Source: an uncultured virus (IMG/VR IMGVR_UViG_3300013132_004380) (taxonomy: Duplodnaviria > Heunggongvirae > Uroviricota > Caudoviricetes). From it: a stretch of 64,000 bases of DNA. Within the stretch, counting starts at the first letter, position 1. The number at the start of each line of letters is the position of its first letter. The notes under the pieces are model-generated. The model did no database searches and had not been told where the DNA came from. It was given only the letters and a program-made list of their open reading frames with translations. A program made the translations under genes and the position numbers. The stretch lies in the IMG/VR virus record IMGVR_UViG_3300013132_004380; one strand, written 5' to 3'. Of this stretch, positions 48,863 through 58,917 are shown piece after piece.

Positions 48863-49618
48863 TTATAGGGCATTTAAACTAGCAATAACATTATCAACGA
48901 AATCCAAATTTTGATACACTCCTACTATAAAATTTAAATCCAGTATACTCATAACTGCACCAATCGGGGCCACAGTTAAATTACCAGTTTTCCACATTAC
49001 TGCAGGATAGTGCAATTCTCCAGTGATCGGAAATGACTGATCTGTCATTGGTGTACCAAAACCAACATTTGTAAACACACCTGGTCTTGCAAATGCTACT
49101 TGATTTGTATTATTTTCTATCAAGAATTCATTTTTAATTGTTAATGTTCTGCTATAGTTAAAATCTACAGTGCCTTCTTCAATGCCGGAACCTCCGCCCA
49201 ACAAAGACAAAAACTGTCCTATTTCATTGTCTCTAGGTTGAAACGCACTATTTTCCCCAAGTATAAACATCGCTCCCCCACTTTGTACAAATTGAACCAA
49301 TTTTGTAGTTGGATCATTGGGGTTAGTAGAATAAGGGCTTGCATAACCTAAATCCCAAATTTGGCTATACACTGACAAATCAGTAATGTTAAGTACACTA
49401 TAGCTGGATATTAAATCAACTTGAAAATCCAGTGCATTACCCCTTGCTTCTATAACTGGATATAAGTCAGTGTCTGGATTTCGATCGGGTCCCGAATAAT
49501 AATCGGTATTACCACCAGGTCCGTTAGTTAAAGGGTCATAAAAACATAGAATACGTTTTTTATAAGACCTATCAACTTGTCTAAACCAAAATCCAAGTCT
49601 GGCTGCTCCAAAATTCAT
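48863..49618 (-). CDS. hypothetical tail-associated protein
   Basis: FGAARLGFW N-terminus; FVQSGGAMFILGEN. Confidence 0.65.
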   Translation of the reverse strand: MNFGAARLGFWFRQVDRSYKKRILCFYDPLTNGPGGNTDYYSGPDRNPDTDLYPVIEARGNALDFQVDLISSYSVLNITDLSVYSQIWDLGYASPYSTNPNDPTTKLVQFVQSGGAMFILGENSAFQPRDNEIGQFLSLLGGGSGIEEGTVDFNYSRTLTIKNEFLIENNTNQVAFARPGVFTNVGFGTPMTDQSFPITGELHYPAVMWKTGNLTVAPIGAVMSILDLNFIVGVYQNLDFVDNVIASLNAL

Positions 49619-50607
49619 TATGCATATCCTGTGGTCAGTGCAACATAGTAGTTTGTACCATCATAGAACATGTTTAACATGTCTATGCTGTTTGCAGAAA
49701 AACTTAATGTTTTAAAATTACCAGCAAATTTGTAGGCTGCATTAGCAGTCAATAATCTATTTCCTGTAGCATCCTGCGTAAAAATTAGTGTTAAACTTTG
49801 CCCAGGGCTCATGTTGTCGGGCGAATTTAATGTAAGATTTCCTGTCAGTGTTGCAGTTTGTACTGTAGCAAGAGCCCTATTAGGACTAAATGAGCCAGAT
49901 ATTGACCCTAAATTTGCCACTACATCCTCTATGCCAGGAATATTAATAGTAGCTACGTTAGCAACATTAGATACTGTAACCCCGTTACCTGTGAAGTTCA
50001 ACGCAGTGGTTGTCGTAGTAACATTTGCTGCATTTTGCTGTACGACAAAAGCAGAGCCAGCTGGACCACTGGGTCCAATTGGACCTTGTGGACCTTGTGG
50101 ACCTTGTATTCCTTGAGGGCCCAAATCTCCTTGTGGACCTTGTGGTCCAATCGGACCAATTGGACCAATCGGCCCCTGTGGACCCAAATCTCCTTGTGGA
50201 CCAGATGGCCCAGACGGGCCGATTGGTCCAATTGGGCCTTGCGGTCCCTGTGTTCCTTGAGGTCCAATTGGGCCTTGTGGCCCTTGCGAGCCCAGACTGC
50301 CCTGCGGACCAATTGGGCCAATTGGTCCGATTGGTCCGATTGGGCCTTGAACTCCTTGCGGACCCTGTGTTCCTTGCGGACCCTGTATTCCGATGCCTGT
50401 TGGACCTTGTGGTCCCTGTGATCCTTGGGGACCTTGGGGACCTTGAGGACCAGTGGGGCCTTGCGCCCCTCTTACACCAGCAGGACCCTGCGGCCCTTGT
50501 GGTCCCTGCGGCCCTCTTGGGCCTTGCGGCCCCTGGGGTCCTTGTGGACCCTGGGCTCCTTGCGGTCCTGTGGGACATGGAATTCCCAACAATGTGTTCA
50601 AACTCAT
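49618..50607 (-). CDS. collagen-like tail fibre protein
   Basis: About 57 GPQ/GPI triplets; C-terminal [11 protein letters not shown] domain. Confidence 0.85.
   Translation of the reverse strand: MSLNTLLGIPCPTGPQGAQGPQGPQGPQGPRGPQGPQGPQGPAGVRGAQGPTGPQGPQGPQGSQGPQGPTGIGIQGPQGTQGPQGVQGPIGPIGPIGPIGPQGSLGSQGPQGPIGPQGTQGPQGPIGPIGPSGPSGPQGDLGPQGPIGPIGPIGPQGPQGDLGPQGIQGPQGPQGPIGPSGPAGSAFVVQQNAANVTTTTTALNFTGNGVTVSNVANVATINIPGIEDVVANLGSISGSFSPNRALATVQTATLTGNLTLNSPDNMSPGQSLTLIFTQDATGNRLLTANAAYKFAGNFKTLSFSANSIDMLNMFYDGTNYYVALTTGYA
50056..50568 (-). repeat. collagen-like 9-nt periodic repeat
   Basis: GGA/GGT-CCN-CAA units. Confidence 0.9.
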
Positions 50608-50616
50608 GTTCTGTCC

Positions 50617-51156
50617 TTAAATGTTTCCGAAATCAAAAATAGCACTGGTAATTGGGTCATCAATGCTGCCCAAATCTAATGCAACAGGGGGATCTATTGG
50701 GTAAGCAGAATTGCTAACAAAAATTTCGCCTGCTGCACCGTAATTATCATCTACATAACTTGCTACATTACCCCAGCATGTTCCGATTTTAATATTATAG
50801 TTATATTGTTCCCTGTCTAATTGCACCAAATCTAATCCCGGAATGGCTACATATCCAGTGCCTATACTGGCATTAGTAACTGTAACATTTGCACTTAACA
50901 CCACATTGGCATTTGCAAAAACATAATCGTCAACTATGTTAAAAGTTAAAGTGCTGCCCGTGATATCCAATGGTTTTTGATCTGCATTTTGGATAGCTAC
51001 TTTTATAATATTTGTAACACCTTTGTATAATTGTAAAGTTCTGGTGTACACGAAACTGTTCCTTTGTGTAAGTTGATCCAATATCAAACAATTTGCTTGG
51101 ATGTCAAATTGTACTGTGATATCATTATCATAGTAAAAACTTTGTAAAGTTTGCAT
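50617..51156 (-). CDS. probable tail/baseplate structural protein
   Basis: [22 protein letters not shown]. Confidence 0.6.
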   Translation of the reverse strand: MQTLQSFYYDNDITVQFDIQANCLILDQLTQRNSFVYTRTLQLYKGVTNIIKVAIQNADQKPLDITGSTLTFNIVDDYVFANANVVLSANVTVTNASIGTGYVAIPGLDLVQLDREQYNYNIKIGTCWGNVASYVDDNYGAAGEIFVSNSAYPIDPPVALDLGSIDDPITSAIFDFGNI

Positions 51157-51215
51157 TAAGGTATTTATCTATAAACAATTTCGAACTGTGTCTATTCGAA
51201 TTTATAAATAGTACT

Positions 51216-51590
51216 GTGGAATTACATTACCAAAATTTACTAGATAATTATCCGTTTTTGAGTTTTTTGACGTACGGAGGAAATGAATATGTTGGCATCA
51301 TACAGAATATTGATGACGTGATCACCAGCATATATGATTATTCTGTATTAAAAACGCAAGAACAGAAAAAACTTTATTTAGAATTAGGAGAAGTTTGGTG
51401 GTGGGAAAGTAATCGATTAGTACCGATCAATATTTTCCTAAAAAATGATTGGTCACCATTTAGAGTTACTTTAAAAACATTTAACAGTAAAGATGTAGAC
51501 TTAAAGTACGGCCCGGCACTAAGTCTTAAAGAGGCAGTACAGAAACGCAGTAAACGACGAAGTATAACCTTAGTTCGCCGGGTCATCTAA
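51216..51590 (+). CDS. hypothetical protein
   Basis: YPFLS..EYVGIIQN..WWWESNR; GTG 5 nt after TATAAATA. Confidence 0.7.
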   Translation: MELHYQNLLDNYPFLSFLTYGGNEYVGIIQNIDDVITSIYDYSVLKTQEQKKLYLELGEVWWWESNRLVPINIFLKNDWSPFRVTLKTFNSKDVDLKYGPALSLKEAVQKRSKRRSITLVRRVI

Positions 51591-51645
51591 TTAAAGATAA
51601 TAGTTCGTCTACAGTAATAGAACTTTTAGCACCTTTACTACTATT
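51583..51645 (-). pseudogene. C-terminal remnant of a deleted HNH-type endonuclease
   Basis: NSSKGAKSSITVDELLSLIR* with no start, beginning inside a TATAAATA box. Confidence 0.4.
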
Positions 51646-51680
51646 TATACTAAATTAAAAAATCACACGCCGCGCAGTTA

Positions 51681-52253
51681 TTAGTCAGATAGAAGATTCA
51701 TATGTACTATAACTAAGTGACTATAAGCAATTGAATGGCTATGCTTAAAATGGTATGCTCCATCTTCGGGCTTATCCCAAATAGTTGTTGAAACAGAATT
51801 CCAAGATTTACCCAATAGGTGCCGTTTAGCAGGTCTAATAACTGCCAAAAACATGGCCAATTGCGTAATGTTTGTGACAGGCTCGGGCATTTTCATTAGA
51901 GAATCATAATGATTTCCTATGTGTATTAACTGCTCACAGAATGGTTTACTGTACAATCTATGCCAGGGCGGTTCAGTATTCATTAGTTCTATTAGGTGCT
52001 GCTCACTTTGTACATGGGTGTACAAATTTACATTTAAAAAATCTAATTTTATGTATCCCCGAGATTCAGCTGTTTGATAATCTAAACTGGCTTGCCCTGT
52101 AAACGGGTCTACGGGAATACCAGTTACATAAATGCCAGTATTATGCTTAGTTAATTTATCATCTTTTATGATGCTGGCAGGCACATGTTGAATTCGAGAT
52201 AAAATTTGCGTTCTATCTGCAAAATCTATATCTACATCTGAAGTAAATTTCAT
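51681..52253 (-). CDS. miniature DnaE (family C polymerase palm)-like protein
   Basis: SDVDIDF, KHNTGIY, GYIKLDFL, LAVIRP, YHFKHSHSIAY. Confidence 0.75.
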   Translation of the reverse strand: MKFTSDVDIDFADRTQILSRIQHVPASIIKDDKLTKHNTGIYVTGIPVDPFTGQASLDYQTAESRGYIKLDFLNVNLYTHVQSEQHLIELMNTEPPWHRLYSKPFCEQLIHIGNHYDSLMKMPEPVTNITQLAMFLAVIRPAKRHLLGKSWNSVSTTIWDKPEDGAYHFKHSHSIAYSHLVIVHMNLLSD

Positions 52254-52933
52254 AAATTTGCCTCGGTCAATATTGTTTTACACCATTCAACATCTGCTAG
52301 ATAATCTCGAAATTTTTGTTGCCAAAAATCTGGATCGATTACAGGCATGATTATTTGTAATTGTTCCGCGTTGATTCCGTTAAGCCAATCAACTCCACTG
52401 CTACAATTAAACACAACCCAAGGGCTAATGCGTCCATCTGATATGTGACGACATATGCGATTAGAAGAACCATGCCTAAAATAATTATCGAAATTGCTCG
52501 CCAATTTTTCTTCAGTGTCTGCATAATCTTGCATTTCCTTAAGTGAACGTTCCAGTGCATCTTGGACTGATTCTTTTTTAATATATTGAATTAACCATTC
52601 TGAGTAAACACTTTCCTTGCACCAATGGTCAATTTTTTTATTATTTTTTAATAACCAATCTGTAAAACTACTGACGTTTACTGCACGGATGTCAGTTAAA
52701 TACCTTCCAAATTTTACAAAGGCCAAATAAAATTGACTATTTACAAAATCTTCGTAAGTTTTTAATTTCGCACTGCCCTGGGTAATTTCATAAAATCTCA
52801 GATATGATTTTAAAGCTATCTGTACTGCAGGTTCATTTTGCTGTTGCCATCGACGTTTTAATTCGCAGAGATGAGCACCTAATGTGCTTTCCCTAACATA
52901 CGATTTCCCGCAATACTTACAACTATAATTCAC
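52250..52933 (-). CDS. zinc-finger hypothetical protein
   Basis: CKYC..HLC N-terminus; GRISPW. Confidence 0.7.
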   Translation of the reverse strand: MNYSCKYCGKSYVRESTLGAHLCELKRRWQQQNEPAVQIALKSYLRFYEITQGSAKLKTYEDFVNSQFYLAFVKFGRYLTDIRAVNVSSFTDWLLKNNKKIDHWCKESVYSEWLIQYIKKESVQDALERSLKEMQDYADTEEKLASNFDNYFRHGSSNRICRHISDGRISPWVVFNCSSGVDWLNGINAEQLQIIMPVIDPDFWQQKFRDYLADVEWCKTILTEANL

Positions 52934-53403
52934 CCCAGTTCCTTTTTAATGTCTTGGTCTGACATTCCCATATCTTTAGCCATAGCTTTAATATCGCTTA
53001 AAGCGTTTACTTCAGCCAGCAGTTCGATTTCATCCGTTTTCATACTGGGATAAACTTTGGTTAAAAATTTTACTACTTTGGCACTGTTTGCGGATTCTTT
53101 CTTTTTAACTGACAACCAGTAATGTCTTTGTTGGCCCATACCAGGACTAACTGTGGTACATAACAACCATTGCAGTTTAGGATGATGACCTAAATCAAAG
53201 AAATTTTGATTTACCCTTTCATTGCTGGCTCTTAAATACCATTCTTGAAGATCTGCCATTCCTTCAACATTGGCACTGTATTTCATCATCAAATATGTGC
53301 TAAATTTTTTACGTTCCTCATCTGTGAGCTCATCTACAAACTTTCGATTTTTCGTGTTAAGTTGAAGAGTTTCATTGGCTATGCTTAATTTGTCTGTAGT
53401 CAT
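52930..53403 (-). CDS. possible clamp-loader small subunit (gp62-like)
   Basis: KKFSTYLMMKY..N..HPKLQW..RHYWL pattern. Confidence 0.5.
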   Translation of the reverse strand: MTTDKLSIANETLQLNTKNRKFVDELTDEERKKFSTYLMMKYSANVEGMADLQEWYLRASNERVNQNFFDLGHHPKLQWLLCTTVSPGMGQQRHYWLSVKKKESANSAKVVKFLTKVYPSMKTDEIELLAEVNALSDIKAMAKDMGMSDQDIKKELG

Positions 53404-53669
53404 ACTGGATGGTGTGGGATTGAAGTTGATTCTTGTTGCTTCATTAAAAGATAGAACATTTTAACACGTTCTAACTCTTGTTGCAACACAGAATTATCTC
53501 TTGCTGCATAAAAAATTTCTTCCCAAATTTCAAAATCTTTTAGGTCCTGGTCTGTTCTTTCTGGAGTTCTACCTATTTCAATTCTATCGGTGGCTCCAAA
53601 TTCGCGAGCATAAATTATGCCATTGGCTGTTTCGTAAATGTAATTTACATTAGGTTTAAATCTGGACAT
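53400..53669 (-). CDS. hypothetical protein
   Basis: YIYE..IYAREFG. Confidence 0.65.
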   Translation of the reverse strand: MSRFKPNVNYIYETANGIIYAREFGATDRIEIGRTPERTDQDLKDFEIWEEIFYAARDNSVLQQELERVKMFYLLMKQQESTSIPHHPV

Positions 53670-54195
53670 CTAATAGAGCCTTAACGTTTTCGTCGATAAA
53701 GTACCTACCAATTTCTATATTTTGAAATCCTGAGATCACATCTGCATGCAAAGGTAATTCGGACAAATCTAAATTAGATTTTCTTACAAAGGTTGTGTTG
53801 TGAGTTTCATAATTTGCAAAAAAAATTGTAGGTTTTTTACATTCTACTACAGCAGAATGCACGAACTTATGATGTATATGATCGTAATCTCCAAGTTGGT
53901 CATGTGTTAATAACAAATCAAAACTTTTAGCAATTGACAAAATTTGCGAATGGGCTGCATCTGTATCAAAACTTATTTTATTGTTAATCATATCTAGATA
54001 AGTGTCGTTGTGTCCTAACATTATTGTTGCAACATTTCTTTTGTTCCAAAAATGAGAAATCTCATTTCCCCTCTTAGAGATAGAGTTATATGTAACATAA
54101 AGAATAGTCCAATCAAATTTTTTAAAATGTTCGATCAAAGGCCACGCAAAAATTATACAGTCATCGGGATGGGCAACGATACACAATGCTTTCAT
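53656..54195 (-). CDS. PIG-L/LmbE-family deacetylase-like protein
   Basis: VAHPDD, LLTH..GDYDHIHH. Confidence 0.7.
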   Translation of the reverse strand: MKALCIVAHPDDCIIFAWPLIEHFKKFDWTILYVTYNSISKRGNEISHFWNKRNVATIMLGHNDTYLDMINNKISFDTDAAHSQILSIAKSFDLLLTHDQLGDYDHIHHKFVHSAVVECKKPTIFFANYETHNTTFVRKSNLDLSELPLHADVISGFQNIEIGRYFIDENVKALLDVQI

Positions 54196-54197
54196 TC

Positions 54198-54995
54198 TTA
54201 GTCCCAATTGGTAATTATATTGTAAAACACTTCTGCTAAATATTTCTGACTTGCTGGTAATCCGTGATAGCCTGGGTCATCTGCTCCATTTAAAGGATGA
54301 AGATACGTTGCATAAGCAGGAGTTTGTTTCCAATCTGTAATGAGATACTTGTCCGGTACAAGATCGGGAATAATCTTTCTTACAGATTCAGCAGTCCATA
54401 AGTTGTCCGGCAACACAATAAAATTAATACCATTTAAAAATAGTTGAATTATACCATCTCTGATTATCCATGTATCCATTTGCAATTTCCAATTACTGTC
54501 ATACAAATGATTTATAAAATATTTAATTGCTAGTTGAGTAGATTTATCTATCTTACTAGATCTGTAAGGGTGATCATAATTTTCAGCAAGACTAAAAATT
54601 GTTTCACAGATCATATTATATTCTTTATTGTTATAATTTATATTTTTCATCCCGTCTTGAGGTCTATAACCATTCTGAATACTATTATTTTGCAGATGAT
54701 TTTGTAAGTCTGATCCCCAACCTTTATTTTCATTAGCAGGCGCAACATAAGGTGCCGCCGAAGCAGGAATTTCCATTCTATCATGAAAAGTGGGGGCAAT
54801 TATTGCAAAGTCAGGTCGTTGCCTGATTACTTCATCTATCATAATCCTGATCCCACCGTTGCTAACACCTTGTCTTGCTAAATGAACTAAATCCCAATCC
54901 AATTTTTTAGCTAACAACTCGCCATAACTAGTGCCCGGTAGTGAGGCACTAGGTGCGCTAAAACTACAGCCACAGATGATAAGTTTCTTTTTCAT
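54198..54995 (-). CDS. SGNH-hydrolase-like protein
   Basis: CGCSFS, LARQGVSN, DPGYH. Confidence 0.6.
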   Translation of the reverse strand: MKKKLIICGCSFSAPSASLPGTSYGELLAKKLDWDLVHLARQGVSNGGIRIMIDEVIRQRPDFAIIAPTFHDRMEIPASAAPYVAPANENKGWGSDLQNHLQNNSIQNGYRPQDGMKNINYNNKEYNMICETIFSLAENYDHPYRSSKIDKSTQLAIKYFINHLYDSNWKLQMDTWIIRDGIIQLFLNGINFIVLPDNLWTAESVRKIIPDLVPDKYLITDWKQTPAYATYLHPLNGADDPGYHGLPASQKYLAEVFYNIITNWD

Positions 54996-55498
54996 TACCA
55001 TGCTTTAGAAAAGTTAACTACTTCGCACTGACGACTAATATCTTTGACAAAGTAAACACATAACGGTTTAGGTCGATCAGTTTCCAAAGGTACTGCTAAC
55101 AATTGCCCAGGTTTCAGTTTAGGAAAATACCATTTAACATCTTGATAGATGTCAATTACTTCAACTGGAAAAAACTCTGGACGAAAACTGCCCAAGGGAT
55201 TAAAAGCAAACGCACTAAATCCTCTGTCATTAATTGATGTTAATGGAACAACTTCTAAATCTCCCGAATCAGGCTCACCGATTAATAGTTGCCAATCTAA
55301 AGGCATTTTTACTACGTGATCGCCAATTCGTAAAACCAATGCAGGACTGTTAAAACTTTCTAAAAAAATCAAAGGAATAAAAAAGTAGTCTGGATTTTTT
55401 GCGTCACTGTTATCTAATACACAAAATCTAACGTCATCTACTTCTTCGGGAATTTCACTAAGTTCGTATGATGTGTTGTCGAGAGTTAACAAGCGCAG
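54995..55498 (-). CDS. hypothetical protein, probable CTG (or TTG) start
   Basis: AAGGAG 6 nt before CTG-CGC-TTG-TTA-ACT; no ATG near the 5' end. Confidence 0.7.
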   Translation of the reverse strand: MRLLTLDNTSYELSEIPEEVDDVRFCVLDNSDAKNPDYFFIPLIFLESFNSPALVLRIGDHVVKMPLDWQLLIGEPDSGDLEVVPLTSINDRGFSAFAFNPLGSFRPEFFPVEVIDIYQDVKWYFPKLKPGQLLAVPLETDRPKPLCVYFVKDISRQCEVVNFSKAW

Positions 55499-55585
55499 AA
55501 TAATCTCCTTTTGTATAAAGAAAAATGCTAGTCACGATATTTGCCGTATCCACTAGCTCTAACGATTATTAAGGAATCATCAGCA

Positions 55586-56422
55586 ATGTATTTACAAAAC
55601 AAATATACTAATTGGTATAATAACATTATTGCTAATGCAATGTCAAGGATATTACCAAAAGAAACATATACCGAAAAACATCATATTATACCAAGAAGTT
55701 TGGGCGGTGATAATTCAGACGAAAATCTGATTAGATTGACCGCCCGGGAACATTTTTTATGTCATTTGCTATTACCAAAAATGCTCAGTGGTGTTGCTAA
55801 AAGAAATATGACTTTTGCTATTTGGTCCATGTTAAACAGGGACCATTCTAGACAACGATCTAGACACAAAGTTAATTCACACACATATAGCCGTCTCAAA
55901 ATTCAAATCGCTCAAGCTTCTTCTGAATTACACAAAGGTAAGTCTAAATCAGAAGAAACTAAAAGGAAAATTTCTGAAAAGGCAAAAGGACGAGTTTCAC
56001 CTAATAAAGGAAAGCCAATGACTGCCGAACAACGAGAAAAACTTTCAATTGCACATAAAGGCAAAACTATTTCTCCCATCGTTGTTGCAAAGATATTAGA
56101 ATCACGAAAACATTACACACACTCAGAAGAAACAAAACAAAAAATAGGCAGAGCACACAAAGGAAAAACTCAAATAGTCTCCGAAGAAACCAAACAAAAA
56201 ATTTCTAATTCGCTGAAAGGTAGACCAAATCATAATAAAGGAAAACCTGCCTACAACTTGGGAATTTCTCATACAGACGAAACTATAAAAAAGTTGCAGT
56301 TAGCAGCGCAAAATAGAGAAAGACTTACTTGTATTCATTGCGGTAAATCTGCACCTAAATGTAGCTTTACACGATGGCACGGTGATAATTGCAAACACAA
56401 ATATTCAACTCTGCCACTCTAA
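55586..56422 (+). CDS. HNH homing endonuclease with NUMOD3 repeats, antisense to neighbours
   Basis: EKHHIIPRSLGGDNSDENLIRLTAREHFLCH; several HSEETKQKI repeats; CIHC..HGDNC. Confidence 0.9.
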   Translation: MYLQNKYTNWYNNIIANAMSRILPKETYTEKHHIIPRSLGGDNSDENLIRLTAREHFLCHLLLPKMLSGVAKRNMTFAIWSMLNRDHSRQRSRHKVNSHTYSRLKIQIAQASSELHKGKSKSEETKRKISEKAKGRVSPNKGKPMTAEQREKLSIAHKGKTISPIVVAKILESRKHYTHSEETKQKIGRAHKGKTQIVSEETKQKISNSLKGRPNHNKGKPAYNLGISHTDETIKKLQLAAQNRERLTCIHCGKSAPKCSFTRWHGDNCKHKYSTLPL

Positions 56423-57847
56423 TTTTTCTACACTAAAAGGATAGCGAGCTTCTTTATAAAAAGCCCGCCTTTTAGTTAAATGTCTTTTTGCAAATTTACA
56501 GGTGCTGGTTAAGTCCCAAATTTCTACATGGTCTTTATCTGCAGCTTTTCTAATACCTCGCCCAATGCTTTGTATGACCCTAACAAAGCTCTTTCCGGGC
56601 TCCAAAAGAACCAGATTAAAAATCCTAGGGATATTAATACCCACAGCGGCCACACCATAAGTCGCCACAATAACCTTGTCATTTGAAATTTCAATTTCGT
56701 CATATTCTTCTTTGCGGTTTTTTGCTTTCGTAGCACCACTTACAAATACTGCATTATTAATTTTGGCGGCTAGTTGTTTACCGGGATCTACCCGATCTAC
56801 TAAGATTAGTGTGTTGCCAGACTCAGCGATCTTATTTACTAAAGTTGCAATGAAGTCCAATCTTTCTTCTGTTTCTAACAAATATCGTAATTCATCTTGG
56901 TAGTTTTTGTATTCTACATAATCTACTAATTGCACCACATTAACATGACAGTCACTGAGATGTCCGGCTTCTTGTAGTTCACTGGCACTTAATCGACCTA
57001 CTACTTGACCGATGCAGCACACTAACGCCTGTCTTGCATAGTCCTCTTTGGGAACTGTTCCGGTTAGTCCCCAACGAATTGGTACCTGCGCAAATATTCC
57101 ACTTAACAGTGTTTTCAATGCGTCTGCTTTAGCACTGTGTGCCTCGTCCACCATGACACAGATCACCCCTTCAACAAAATCGTGAATAGTTACATCTGTT
57201 TCATAGTTCTTTGTGTTTTTCAACAATGCATTCAAGCTTTGCCAAGTACAGATTGTGTGTGTTTTAGTATACTCTTTTCTATCACCATACAATACACCCA
57301 CATCCAGTCCCATGGTTTTGTAGTCAGTTTCGGTCTGTGTTACTAAGCTTTTGCTAGGCACAATAACAATGCTGCGTCCCAGATGTTGCACACTTGCACT
57401 TAATGCAGCAGTCATAATTGTTTTACCTGCGCCAGTAGCTACTTCTTGTATGCATTGGGGTGTGGATAAAAATCTGTTTACAATTTCAACTTGATAATCT
57501 CTGAGCACTATAGGTTTACCGTCAGGCCATTGACGGTGAGAAAAAGTAGTTTCCGACACCTGTGCTAGTTCTAGTACTGTACTGTATGTTCTTTGATCAT
57601 CAATGTCAACATCATACCCCCGTTCATCTAAGTATGGAAGAATATCTGGCAAAAGATTGATGTACGTGGTACCTCCGAGGTTAAAAAATGCCACCTTACC
57701 GTCCCACCTACCTAAACGCACTGCCGGTAGATATTTTGCACCAGGTATGTCGTACTTAAATTTGTTAACTAGATTTTTACGATCAGAAAGATCTAACCCT
57801 TCTAGCTTAACGTTGACTTCATCTCGAATTATTAATTTACATTTCAT
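56405..57847 (-). CDS. uvsW: UvsW-like SF2 helicase
   Basis: LRDYQ, ATGAGKT, DEAH, GLTGT, QSIGRGIR. Confidence 0.85.
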   Translation of the reverse strand: MKCKLIIRDEVNVKLEGLDLSDRKNLVNKFKYDIPGAKYLPAVRLGRWDGKVAFFNLGGTTYINLLPDILPYLDERGYDVDIDDQRTYSTVLELAQVSETTFSHRQWPDGKPIVLRDYQVEIVNRFLSTPQCIQEVATGAGKTIMTAALSASVQHLGRSIVIVPSKSLVTQTETDYKTMGLDVGVLYGDRKEYTKTHTICTWQSLNALLKNTKNYETDVTIHDFVEGVICVMVDEAHSAKADALKTLLSGIFAQVPIRWGLTGTVPKEDYARQALVCCIGQVVGRLSASELQEAGHLSDCHVNVVQLVDYVEYKNYQDELRYLLETEERLDFIATLVNKIAESGNTLILVDRVDPGKQLAAKINNAVFVSGATKAKNRKEEYDEIEISNDKVIVATYGVAAVGINIPRIFNLVLLEPGKSFVRVIQSIGRGIRKAADKDHVEIWDLTSTCKFAKRHLTKRRAFYKEARYPFSVEKLEWQS

Positions 57848-58881
57848 TCTAGTATAATGGTCTTTTCTGCTTTTGCTAACCAATTTTGTTTTTTCGGTCC
57901 TATCATCATTGCTGTGTTAGAAATTAACAATTTAGGTTCAATATCAAAGCTTGTAGTTTTATTCAGGTATCGAATTTCGTCTGTATCAGTCTGACTCGGA
58001 CCAGTGTCGTACACATACACAGGTATCCTGTGTGTCAATTTTGCATACATTAAAAGTTGTTTTAAAGAAGTAGTCTGTTTTGATAAAGTAATTTGTCTAC
58101 TACAAAAAATTTTATAAAATTCAGGATATTGCTGTTTAATTATTGCCTGCAACTCATCACTAACAGTATAACCTAAAACAGGGGCATTGTCTACTAATAG
58201 TAAAAGATTTTCTTTAGCAAATCCACCAAGATTAGTTTCAATGTAATCTGTCAGACTTAGTTCACCGTTTTCTATATAAAGAAAATCATTCCTTTGTATA
58301 AGTTCGATTTGATATTGACTTTGTTCTACTTCTATCAATTGATTATAAAGTTCTTTAACTTCGTCAGCAACGTCAAATTGATTAGCTGTGGCTAAAGTCA
58401 TAGTCCAATTCAGCATAGGCTCAGTCAACGACAATGTCCACAATTTAGTGTCATGGTCGAATTCGGATCCACCGTGACTTTCTTTAGTGTACTTTCTGAC
58501 AACGGTCAATAATTTTGTATCGTATGGAAATTTTAAAATTAATTTATCATTTTCTATATACAGTCTTTTAGTTCTGTCAATTTGACGAATGCCGTACTTA
58601 AAATTTGTCAAGCTTTGGGGAATAATAACGCCAATGCTGCCAAGTTGCCTTACATATTTTTTAACCAGAGTAACAGCCAGTTCTGCCTGTTTGTCCGTAT
58701 ATGCTCTGTTTAATTCACTGGTTTGTGTTGCCAAACTTTCGATTATTTTAACATCATATCTGGCTAAACTTATTGGGGGTTCCAGCTTTTCAAAAAACAT
58801 CAAAGTCCTGTTATTGGCCGAACGTAGTCCAGCAATAAATTCTATGTAATCTTCAATGTAAGGAAAAGTTGCACTTTGCAT
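57844..58881 (-). CDS. hypothetical protein
   Basis: 345 aa; YTDKQAELA, LKFPYD. Confidence 0.7.
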   Translation of the reverse strand: MQSATFPYIEDYIEFIAGLRSANNRTLMFFEKLEPPISLARYDVKIIESLATQTSELNRAYTDKQAELAVTLVKKYVRQLGSIGVIIPQSLTNFKYGIRQIDRTKRLYIENDKLILKFPYDTKLLTVVRKYTKESHGGSEFDHDTKLWTLSLTEPMLNWTMTLATANQFDVADEVKELYNQLIEVEQSQYQIELIQRNDFLYIENGELSLTDYIETNLGGFAKENLLLLVDNAPVLGYTVSDELQAIIKQQYPEFYKIFCSRQITLSKQTTSLKQLLMYAKLTHRIPVYVYDTGPSQTDTDEIRYLNKTTSFDIEPKLLISNTAMMIGPKKQNWLAKAEKTIILE

Positions 58882-58888
58882 TTTTACA

Positions 58889-58917
58889 ATTATACATTGT
58901 TCTTTTCACAAAGTCAA
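58889..58917 (-). promoter_or_regulatory. sigma70 promoter, leaderless geometry
   Basis: TTGACT-17-TATAAT, then 7 nt to ATG. Confidence 0.7.

Noticed and set aside
47656..50679. Many overlapping alternative-frame and antisense ORFs
   Set aside because: Artefacts of stop-poor GC-rich collagen and fibre coding sequence
33220..57883. Inteins or introns in nrdA, helicases or primase
   Set aside because: Normal lengths and contiguous motifs; no Hint blocks seen
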